This document shows, piece by piece, positions 1 through 7,644 of a stretch of 51,729 nucleotides of DNA. Below the pieces are notes generated by a model that ran no database searches, was not told where the DNA came from, and worked only from the letters and a program-made list of their open reading frames with translations. Origin of the DNA: a virus (taxonomy: Duplodnaviria > Caudoviricetes). Position 1 is the first letter of the stretch, and each line of letters starts with the position of its first letter. Made by a program: the position numbers and the translations under genes. The stretch spans positions 1 to 51,729 of the IMG/VR virus record IMGVR_UViG_3300049893_000693; one strand, given 5' to 3'.

Positions 1-34
1 TATATATACTATAGTATAGTAAGGAGTTAGATCA

Positions 35-90
35 TTTCCTAGGTAATTTTCTAGGTCATTTCCTAGAGAGTTTCCTAATATTAGGAAACT
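35..90. repeat. AT-rich region with TTTCCTAG-like direct repeats and perfect palindrome AGTTTCCTAA-TA-TTAGGAAACT (69-90)
   Basis: tttcctagg, ttttctagg, tttcctag and tttcctaa read directly. Confidence 0.7.
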
Positions 91-186
91 GGCCGTAGGC
101 TATGTGTTACGTCCGCACACCCTCAAACCCATTTGCGCCATATTTGGCGCATAGCTAAGTCATACCCTAGCCCGTAGGAGATTCCC

Positions 187-681
187 ATGCCCCTCAAAAT
201 CAACCCCAACAAGCCCTTCCCCCCGTCCATGTTCAAGAAAGGCATGCGCGTCAGGTTCCGGCGCAAGTCTGAGATGAAATACGACCCCCACCATGGCTGG
301 AATACCGACGGAGATATGGACCACCTGTATGGCAAGTCCGGCATCCTAGCCAGCCAACCCGATGCCCAGGGTGTCTATGTCGAGATTACCGGCCTCAAAG
401 GTCGAGGGGTGAAGGGCTGGGCTATCAGCACAGACATGCTCGTCCCAATTATCAACAAGCGTGAGATGAAGCGGCTGGAAGCCGAGCAGAAGCGCGAAGA
501 AGCGGCAGCGGCAGAAGCGGCCAAGATCCGGGAAGCGCAGCTTGCTATGCTACCCGCCTCGGCACGTAATGTGGTGAAGCTGCTTGAATCCACTCCCGCG
601 GCGTTCGGTTGCCAGCGCCCATATGTCATCGCCCTCTGCTCTGCCATCTTCGGCCTCGATCTGTCCAAGGTCGTGAAGTAA
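187..681 (+). CDS. Hypothetical early protein, 164 aa
   Basis: AGGAG SD before ATG; Ala/Glu-rich helical segment. Confidence 0.75.
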   Translation: MPLKINPNKPFPPSMFKKGMRVRFRRKSEMKYDPHHGWNTDGDMDHLYGKSGILASQPDAQGVYVEITGLKGRGVKGWAISTDMLVPIINKREMKRLEAEQKREEAAAAEAAKIREAQLAMLPASARNVVKLLESTPAAFGCQRPYVIALCSAIFGLDLSKVVK

Positions 682-822
682 TATTATGCCATCCCCCATC
701 ACCTTCCCCTCATGGCTAGAAGTCCTAGCCAGGGCCGACGAACAGTGGCAGCACCTCCTCAAAGGCCATGCCACACTTCACCAGTCATACATAGCGTGTG
801 GCTGGGTGTTAGGAGACTAGCC

Positions 823-1068
823 ATGCCCAATAAACCTCACACCCCCGACCCTCGCCCAATCAAAGGCGCCCAAGGCTGGACACAAGGCTGGACACAAGAC
901 TGGCGTACCTTAGAGTATGCCTTCAACGGCGAGGTCATTAATGTGTATGAGCCATGCGCTCACATGGTCCTGCATCCGCAGGGCGTGTTTGTCATACAAG
1001 GTCATGAAACGCTGTCCGCGTATGACCTGCACACCGGAAAGCTGATAGCCGAGAAACGTACGCGCTAA
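823..1068 (+). CDS. Hypothetical early protein with QGWT tandem repeat
   Basis: AGGAG SD before ATG 823 (the ORF track starts upstream at 712). Confidence 0.6.
   Translation: MPNKPHTPDPRPIKGAQGWTQGWTQDWRTLEYAFNGEVINVYEPCAHMVLHPQGVFVIQGHETLSAYDLHTGKLIAEKRTR
871..903 (+). repeat. 12-bp tandem repeat CAAGGCTGGACA x2 plus a partial copy
   Basis: Read directly; in frame, encodes QGWT QGWT QDW. Confidence 0.9.
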
Positions 1069-1097
1069 CCCTATTTCCGGCCAATTCTAGCCACACA

Positions 1098-1125
1098 AAC
1101 CATGCTAGGATACCCTAGCATGGTT
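1098..1125. other. Perfect 12-bp intergenic hairpin AACCATGCTAGG-ATAC-CCTAGCATGGTT
   Basis: Inverted repeat read directly; no U-tract. Confidence 0.8.
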
Positions 1126-1197
1126 CTACGCCTTTCCTGGCTATAACAGGCTAGGAATGGCAACAACACCAACCCTATCCAACCATAGAGGTATGAT

Positions 1198-1494
1198 GTG
1201 CTAGTCGTAACCATCCAACCAGTCGAATCAAAGCGGCAGTCGTGGCGAAGTACAGACCAGGAAAATAAGGAGCGGTCCATCTTCACCACCACCGTCAAAA
1301 CATGCACAGTAGAAGAGTTGGAACTGCCTCTCGTCCTCGACCGACGCCCCATGTGGCACTATGTTGAGCGCAATGGCCGCGTTAGCACATTCCATGGATC
1401 CACGCAATTCACAGTCACCATCTACACGTTAGACGACGAGGATATAATGAAGATCCAGCTAGTCGCAGGATTGACAGGATACGACACGCCATGA
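1198..1494 (+). CDS. Hypothetical protein
   Basis: GAGGT SD, GTG start, ATGA overlap with next ORF. Confidence 0.6.
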   Translation: MLVVTIQPVESKRQSWRSTDQENKERSIFTTTVKTCTVEELELPLVLDRRPMWHYVERNGRVSTFHGSTQFTVTIYTLDDEDIMKIQLVAGLTGYDTP

Positions 1495-1751
1495 TCTACA
1501 CCCTCCAAGCCACACCAGATGAAGTGCGGTCATATAAGACATGGGCGCGTAATACGTGCCGTACGCCGGGGGATAGAGTGTTTAGGCACAAGCCACTCAC
1601 GCAAGAACAGCGCGATAATTTGCAAGTATCCAATTCATTGTTCTGGCCATACATATGCCACGGCGATCTGTCCAGTTTTCATTACTGTGTAGGTATGGGA
1701 TGGCTATACTATCTGACGGCGTGGTCATTAGAAGACACTCCACCTACATAA
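1491..1751 (+). CDS. Hypothetical protein
   Basis: Coupled ATGA start, AGGA SD. Confidence 0.55.
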   Translation: MIYTLQATPDEVRSYKTWARNTCRTPGDRVFRHKPLTQEQRDNLQVSNSLFWPYICHGDLSSFHYCVGMGWLYYLTAWSLEDTPPT

Positions 1752-1782
1752 CCACAACCAACCCGATCCAGAAAGGATCTAT

Positions 1783-1956
1783 ATGCGCATCATTCCCTGT
1801 ACCTGTACCCACCAATTCCAAGACGAACGCTACGGAAAAGGTATGCGTTTGCATAATGAAACCATGAAAGGTGAAAAAGAAAATCGGCAGTATCGCTGCA
1901 CAGTCTGCCGTACATTGCACACGAAAAATACTCCAGGATCGAGAGCAGTCGCGTAA
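1783..1956 (+). CDS. Small putative Zn-binding phage protein, 57 aa (not in ORF track)
   Basis: AAAGGA SD; MRIIPCTCTHQFQDERYGKGMRLHN...YRCTVC. Confidence 0.7.
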   Translation: MRIIPCTCTHQFQDERYGKGMRLHNETMKGEKENRQYRCTVCRTLHTKNTPGSRAVA

Positions 1957-1981
1957 GACAACCCGTACAATAGGACTAACC

Positions 1982-2179
1982 GTGAAACATATCATCACTG
2001 TATCTATATGCGGCGGATTCCAAGACTATAAGGAAACATTCACATACCGCACGGAGGCTGCGGCCAAAACTAAAATGGCCCAACTAAGGGAGACAGGAGC
2101 TATGTGGGTGGAGTACAAGATAGTTGGGAGCGAGAGGGTAATATTCTCTGGACCCCTTATATGCGATAAGACCGAGTAA
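1982..2179 (+). CDS. Hypothetical protein
   Basis: AGGA SD before GTG 1982 within ORF 1871..2179. Confidence 0.55.
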   Translation: MKHIITVSICGGFQDYKETFTYRTEAAAKTKMAQLRETGAMWVEYKIVGSERVIFSGPLICDKTE

Positions 2180-2188
2180 GACAGTCGT

Positions 2189-2215
2189 ACATAGCACTAT
2201 CTCATAGTGCTATGT
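2189..2215. other. Perfect 12-bp hairpin ACATAGCACTAT-CTC-ATAGTGCTATGT
   Basis: Inverted repeat read directly. Confidence 0.8.
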
Positions 2216-2301
2216 TAGCCTAGCCTTACATCGTATCGCAGGCAGCGGGCAATAACACCCGCTTGTATCTAGCCTAAACGCTAGATTTCCAGGAGGCCAT
2301 C

Positions 2302-2550
2302 ATGGCCAAGCTCATCGTCACCGCCACCAACAAGAACGGCCAGACCCTCGCGGCTGACCAGTTCCTCGCCATCTACAAGAAGGCGGAAGGTGGCCTGTTC
2401 ACCGGCAACAAGACCTATCCCACGGTCGTTGCCGCCATCCGTGCGAATGACGCCGCTGTTGGCGCCATCCGTGTGGATGACTGGCTGGCTCTGGCCAAGG
2501 AGGGAGGCATTGGCAACATCAATGCGGCCCTGGCCTCGTATTGCGGGTAA
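2302..2550 (+). CDS. Hypothetical protein, 82 aa, probably highly expressed
   Basis: AGGAGG SD; codons strongly biased to C/G in third position. Confidence 0.8.
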   Translation: MAKLIVTATNKNGQTLAADQFLAIYKKAEGGLFTGNKTYPTVVAAIRANDAAVGAIRVDDWLALAKEGGIGNINAALASYCG

Positions 2551-2622
2551 TGCCCGCAAACCCAACGCACAGGGTAGCGTCAAGCTAAAGTGCCGGTCTA
2601 GCCCCACGATACGGGGCCTTAT

Positions 2623-2653
2623 CAAGCTACATAGCTAGTTGCTATGTAGCTTG
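2623..2653. other. Perfect 13-bp hairpin CAAGCTACATAGC-TAGTT-GCTATGTAGCTTG
   Basis: Inverted repeat read directly. Confidence 0.8.
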
Positions 2654-2682
2654 TCCAGTCCATACCAACCTATGGAATCACT

Positions 2683-4758
2683 ATGCCACTCAATCCAAAT
2701 ATGCGCTACCGTGATCGCCTGGGTCGTATTCATGGCCCATTTGTACCGCTATGGCAGCAATTACTTCATGATCCAGAACATAGGCGACAGCATTCTCCCC
2801 AATCCGATCGGCAGATGCGCGAAGATATACAAGAGGATCTCGTATCTACACCAGAACAATTAGCTAGACGATGGACAGAGGGACAAGTATCGTGGACTAT
2901 TACATCCGCGCATACATATTGGGGTGGTCGGCGTTTGCCAGACCTGTCAACATACAACTTAGACCTCGATAATCCCATACCAGTCAACCATCTCTCACTT
3001 GAATCCGATCCATTCCAATACGTTCCAAACCTTTCTACCCAATACGGTCTACCCCTTTCTACCCAACCCTCTTCAAATACGGAGAGCACTATGCCCGCCC
3101 CAATCCAAGTCCGTTTCGTTCCCCCACCCAGCAACGTGCCAGCCAATGCGCGGTGCGACGAAATAGGATGTATAAATCCTATTCGTGTGCGGTTCATCAA
3201 CTGCCTTGAAGACGACAAGGTATTCTATGTGTGCAAGGAGCACGGTTACCGCACCATGGCGGCACCGTTTGAGTACCGTGAAGACCTCGACGCGGTGCTG
3301 CTGTATCCATTCTACAAAGGAGACAAGCCTGTTACCAAGGCTGAGTATGAAGCGGGTACGGCGGTGTGCCCAAATTGCGGTGATCGCGTCGATGCTGCCG
3401 CACTCACCATGCCAGCACCGCAAGGCGCACTGGTGTATTCTGGCCCGCCAATCTGTCCATCGTGCCAGTCTAACTGGTTTACCACATGCCATGGATGTGG
3501 CGTGGCAATGTTGCGCAATCAGGATAATCCTGATGATAGACACTGTCCGGCTTGCGCAAGGTATCGGATCTTTGGCTCGAAGCGGCGTCCTACGCCCGTT
3601 TTCTTCAAAGCCAGCGAAGCCGATGATGCTCGCTTCACTGGCGCAGAGATCGAGTTGGAGCTTGATGGTGCATTCTCACGGGAAGAGGTGACACGCAAGC
3701 TCCTCGAACCCCTGCCTGTCGGCCTCATCCATGCAGAGGAAGACGGATCTCTCAATTATGGCGTGGAGTATGTCACCATGCCCTTGAGTGCCTCGTACAT
3801 CAACCAGAACATTGACCTGTTCCGTAAGTTCTATGACACGGCGCAGGAATACGCCAATCCGGCCAACACACGTAACAATGCTGGCTTGCATGTGCATATG
3901 TCTCGCGCTGCGATCCAGCCGAATGAAGCAGTGAAAATGGAGGAGCTTGTCACCAAGCCCGGCCTCATGCAGCGGTGGCTGCTGCATCTCACTCGTCGCA
4001 GTCCTGATCGGTTCGCTCATTGGGCGAACGCCAGTCCCGATCCTGTGGTGTTGGACACCCTGGCTCGTGGAGCACGGCCCAACGTATCGCGGTATCGCTT
4101 CCTCAACTGGCAGCCTAAGGCCACAGTCGAATGTCGCGGCTTTGCTGGCGATACGGACTTCGAGCACTTCCTTACGGCGACACAATTCGTCCGGGCTTTG
4201 CATGACTTCACCAAGTCAAGTGAGTTCGACCTGAAATGCACGGCGTTCCGTCGCTTCATCCAGAATAGTCAGTACGAAGTGCTGGCCAAGATGGATGCCA
4301 AGTTCGTCGATTCGCGTGGTTCCAATACCATCAAGGCCCAGCTCGCGCCAGGACATTTCAACCATAAGGGACATGGATACTACCTCAAGGCTGAGCCTAG
4401 TGTGTATGATGAAGCCGGATTGTGTGGGTTGAATCGTAGCAAATACGCCTCGGTCTTCGACAATCGCATGCACATTTCGCATGCCAAGCAGACCATACAC
4501 GATCCAGTCACTAATGCGACCTATATGTACTCATCTGGCACGCCAGTCGAGGTTATCCAGACGAACATCGAAGTCGGCAAAGCGCTGTCCATCACCACGA
4601 ATCGTGAACGTGTCCTCGAAGAAGCGCGAGACTACGCCAACTCGCAGCGCATTAAGTTCGGCTCTACCTGCTTCTATGTTGGGGCTTATGTGTTCAACCA
4701 GTTGGAACAGTTGCACACGATGGGTCTCATGTCAAACGAACCTAGCATGGCCGAATAA
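2683..4758 (+). CDS. Putative amidoligase (COOH-NH2 ligase, glutamine synthetase-like fold) with N-terminal Zn ribbons
   Basis: Motifs GAEIELE, EEDGSL..GVEYVT, AGLHVH, YRFLN, TVECR; CPNC/CPSC/CHGC/CPAC pairs; alternative start at 3091 with GGAG SD. Confidence 0.85.
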   Translation: MPLNPNMRYRDRLGRIHGPFVPLWQQLLHDPEHRRQHSPQSDRQMREDIQEDLVSTPEQLARRWTEGQVSWTITSAHTYWGGRRLPDLSTYNLDLDNPIPVNHLSLESDPFQYVPNLSTQYGLPLSTQPSSNTESTMPAPIQVRFVPPPSNVPANARCDEIGCINPIRVRFINCLEDDKVFYVCKEHGYRTMAAPFEYREDLDAVLLYPFYKGDKPVTKAEYEAGTAVCPNCGDRVDAAALTMPAPQGALVYSGPPICPSCQSNWFTTCHGCGVAMLRNQDNPDDRHCPACARYRIFGSKRRPTPVFFKASEADDARFTGAEIELELDGAFSREEVTRKLLEPLPVGLIHAEEDGSLNYGVEYVTMPLSASYINQNIDLFRKFYDTAQEYANPANTRNNAGLHVHMSRAAIQPNEAVKMEELVTKPGLMQRWLLHLTRRSPDRFAHWANASPDPVVLDTLARGARPNVSRYRFLNWQPKATVECRGFAGDTDFEHFLTATQFVRALHDFTKSSEFDLKCTAFRRFIQNSQYEVLAKMDAKFVDSRGSNTIKAQLAPGHFNHKGHGYYLKAEPSVYDEAGLCGLNRSKYASVFDNRMHISHAKQTIHDPVTNATYMYSSGTPVEVIQTNIEVGKALSITTNRERVLEEARDYANSQRIKFGSTCFYVGAYVFNQLEQLHTMGLMSNEPSMAE

Positions 4759-4818
4759 GCCATACTCATCTTACGTATTAAACCTCCTCATTCAACTTCC
4801 TCCAACCAAGGAAATCTC

Positions 4819-5817
4819 ATGTGTATCATCGTCTTTGTACCTCACGACTCTCAACGCCCGTCACTTGACACGCTTCGTCAGTGTTGGACTTCCAATCCTG
4901 ACGGAGCGGGCCTGATGTGGTCAGATGGTGAGCATCTGCTCCATGTCAAGGGGCTTATGACGTTGGACCACTTCTTCGATGCGTGGGATAAAGTCCCGCC
5001 CGGCGTGGCAGTAGCAGCGCACTTCAGGATTCGCTCACATGGCGCGTCCAATGCTGCCATGACGCATCCATTCATCCTGAAGGGTGGCACCATCGGGGTA
5101 ATGCATAATGGTATGATTGCCGACACTGGCTCCACCCATGGCTCCGAATTGTCTGATACGGCCATGTTCGTGAAGGATGAATTGGATAAATTGCCTCATG
5201 AATGGGAATGCAATGAAACTATCAGACGATTCCTGGCTTATCGTATTGGCGCAGGCTCAAAGCTGGTCTTCATGCGCAATGACGGCGTGGCGTGGTTCAC
5301 GAACGAGAGTGCTGGTGTATGGCATGAAGGAGTGTGGTATTCCAATACCTCCTTTCGCGTGACACGAGTACGGAGGATAAAGGCATGGAATGGGTATGGA
5401 AGCTCGTATTATGACGATGATGATCGGGACATGCCTAAGCACACGGCTTCAAAGTTTGTGGCGTTTGGTGTCAAGGATGACGAAGAGAAGTACGGCTCAG
5501 TTGTGACTGGCTCGACCAAAGGGATATTCTGGAACATGCCAGCAGGCCGATGGTGCCGAGCCGTGCAGTCTGGTAAGGGCTGCATGTTGTATGACTGGGA
5601 TTCGACTCTCCAACGATTCGTCGTGTCTGGCTACGCCGAATGGAGTAGCGTTAATAAGATGAAACCAGCATCTGGTGAAGAGAACATCTCTAGTTCAGTG
5701 GCCCGCGATCATTTCCATATTCCAGAATGGTGGGCGGAAGAGGTAGATAAGGACGATCCGGTTACGACTGCGGGCCACTTGCCTTATTCGTCATCCAACC
5801 CAGGACTCCATGTGTGA
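4819..5817 (+). CDS. Class II (Ntn-hydrolase) glutamine amidotransferase
   Basis: N-terminal MCII (Cys nucleophile), NPDGAG, HFRIRSHG, HPF, MHNG, SDT, YSN. Confidence 0.9.
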   Translation: MCIIVFVPHDSQRPSLDTLRQCWTSNPDGAGLMWSDGEHLLHVKGLMTLDHFFDAWDKVPPGVAVAAHFRIRSHGASNAAMTHPFILKGGTIGVMHNGMIADTGSTHGSELSDTAMFVKDELDKLPHEWECNETIRRFLAYRIGAGSKLVFMRNDGVAWFTNESAGVWHEGVWYSNTSFRVTRVRRIKAWNGYGSSYYDDDDRDMPKHTASKFVAFGVKDDEEKYGSVVTGSTKGIFWNMPAGRWCRAVQSGKGCMLYDWDSTLQRFVVSGYAEWSSVNKMKPASGEENISSSVARDHFHIPEWWAEEVDKDDPVTTAGHLPYSSSNPGLHV

Positions 5818-6526
5818 CACCATGCCCTACCCACAATACCCATATCCAGGTGATGTCTGGCAGTTAGAAAGTGGGGAGATGGTCACTATGCAAGTACCAG
5901 ACTCCTCGCGCATTTACTATGGGCCATTTAATGTCACAGCTACATTCATATTGAATGGCACTCTCTACATAGCCGGGTTTCGTAATGAAATACTAGCGGA
6001 TAACACGTATGGTCCAGTGTACCTAGCGGTAATGGCGGATAGTATGATGGGGCGGCGACTACTCACCATACGCCGCATATCTCAAGCAGATCCGGATACG
6101 TGCCCGTGGTTTAGTATGAATGTGCATACGGTATTCCAGGTACGGCATAAGATATTGACAGCGATTCAGCTAGTTAACTCCTCGTTCTATCAGGTTAGCT
6201 GGCAACTATCCAAGCGCCATCCTTTGTACTCAATTCATCCAAATGGAGTGCAGGCGTTGGATGGGCTAATTACCTGTCCTGATACCTACCGTCGGCTCGA
6301 ACAAGCGTGGCAGCGCAATTTATCTGGTGGAATGACTGATGTATGGATGTGGCGTTGTCGGTTTAACGACCCACAACTAGATAGTATGGCACCACGAATG
6401 ATTGAAGGTAACCCATGGCGCGATTTTGCGTATGCTGAAGCCATGGCCGACCGCGTGGCTGAACAACTCTTAGCCTTGGGTAAGGCCCGTGGCTATCATC
6501 CAAGGATGCCCAAATGCCCGACATAA
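5810..6526 (+). CDS. Hypothetical protein
   Basis: 238-aa ORF overlapping both neighbours, AGGA SD. Confidence 0.65.
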   Translation: MCDTMPYPQYPYPGDVWQLESGEMVTMQVPDSSRIYYGPFNVTATFILNGTLYIAGFRNEILADNTYGPVYLAVMADSMMGRRLLTIRRISQADPDTCPWFSMNVHTVFQVRHKILTAIQLVNSSFYQVSWQLSKRHPLYSIHPNGVQALDGLITCPDTYRRLEQAWQRNLSGGMTDVWMWRCRFNDPQLDSMAPRMIEGNPWRDFAYAEAMADRVAEQLLALGKARGYHPRMPKCPT

Positions 6527-6726
6527 CCATGTGCGCCGCTCTATGCGCCAGGAGTCGTCATTGCTATAGGCATGAGGATTCTGGCACCGAGCCTAATCCT
6601 GGGCGTCAGTCCTACTTTATGGGTAATCCCTGTATTGACTCATACGAGTGTTATGTGTCAATATCGACTATCCCGACTGAGCGATTGACCAAGAAGTCTA
6701 AACGTGAGGATACGCGCAATGACTAA
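6514..6726 (+). CDS. Small Cys-rich phage protein
   Basis: MPDITMC...C.....CYRH...QSYF...C pattern; AAGGA SD. Confidence 0.65.
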   Translation: MPDITMCAALCARSRHCYRHEDSGTEPNPGRQSYFMGNPCIDSYECYVSISTIPTERLTKKSKREDTRND

Positions 6727-7072
6727 TCCAATATCTGACACCGACACTGACGCCTTCATGGCTCGTAGGGCGCAAGACTTGCGAGATAAGGAACAGGACG
6801 ACATATATGATAAGGATACGGCACTAGAGAACCGACGCCGCACCGCCTTCATCGAGACACGAGATACCCTCGTGGCATTAATGAAAGCTAAATGGCCTAC
6901 GGAACTCGTATCATCTAATCAAGTGGCTCGGGAACTCAAGTGCTCACCTGATCTGCTATCTCGTACGGTTCGACGTTTCCCTATGTATTTCACCGTTCAA
7001 CTAGCACCAGATGCCAGTACGCGGCGCTGTACATGGTTCACTCTTCATCCACACTTAGCGAGGACAGCATGA
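6719..7072 (+). CDS. Putative helix-turn-helix DNA-binding protein
   Basis: SSNQVARELKCSPDLLSRTVRR; GAGGA SD before ATG 6719. Confidence 0.55.
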   Translation: MTNPISDTDTDAFMARRAQDLRDKEQDDIYDKDTALENRRRTAFIETRDTLVALMKAKWPTELVSSNQVARELKCSPDLLSRTVRRFPMYFTVQLAPDASTRRCTWFTLHPHLARTA

Positions 7073-7308
7073 TACAACAAGAATATACCATCTCATATGG
7101 CATATCAGGCATGCTGCCTGAGCCAGTACGACGCGCTATATCTAACATCGCTAGCGGACTAGAATTAGGGCATTCCTCATATTTCTATCTGTCCGAGGAC
7201 GCAATCGCAGAGGAACCTGAAGGAGATGATGCAACCATATTAACCTGGGCGAAAGCACAAAATCCAGGCGTTACGATAGAAAACCTTTTAATTAAATATG
7301 GTTGGTGA
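7069..7308 (+). CDS. Hypothetical acidic protein
   Basis: ATGA coupling, GAGGA SD. Confidence 0.6.
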   Translation: MIQQEYTISYGISGMLPEPVRRAISNIASGLELGHSSYFYLSEDAIAEEPEGDDATILTWAKAQNPGVTIENLLIKYGW

Positions 7309-7311
7309 TCT

Positions 7312-7584
7312 ATGAGCTACTTCCATATCGTCAAGTCCCAGCAATCCTGGCGTGATGTCGGTAAGTACAACACAGAAAGCACCCCACGCATTGCCGTGCG
7401 TCCAGCCATTATCAGTTGGCTTCGCGCCAATCCTGCCCGCACATTTAGTGTGTATGAGATAGCCCAGCACATCACACATCGGTCAATGACGGCTGTCCGT
7501 ACCTGCCTGCTCCGATTGGCCGATGAAGGTATACTTAAATCCTTGCGGAATGATATGTTCGAAAACACTGGTAAATCGGCTTGA
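7312..7584 (+). CDS. Putative winged-helix DNA-binding protein
   Basis: IISWLRANP..FSVYEIAQHI....TAVRTCLLRLADEGIL pattern. Confidence 0.6.
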   Translation: MSYFHIVKSQQSWRDVGKYNTESTPRIAVRPAIISWLRANPARTFSVYEIAQHITHRSMTAVRTCLLRLADEGILKSLRNDMFENTGKSA

Positions 7585-7644
7585 TTCATTACTGATTCGA
7601 CTTATCTTGCTGGCCCAACCCACCACCATTTCCAAAAGACTCCC

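Noticed and set aside
2551-2630. Resemblance to a c-di-GMP-I riboswitch (GCAAACCC...AAGC...CCGGTCTA)
   Set aside because: No GNRA-capped P2 and no convincing P1/P3 closure; the GCAA is better explained by hairpin TTGCGGG/CCCGCAA (2541-2559)
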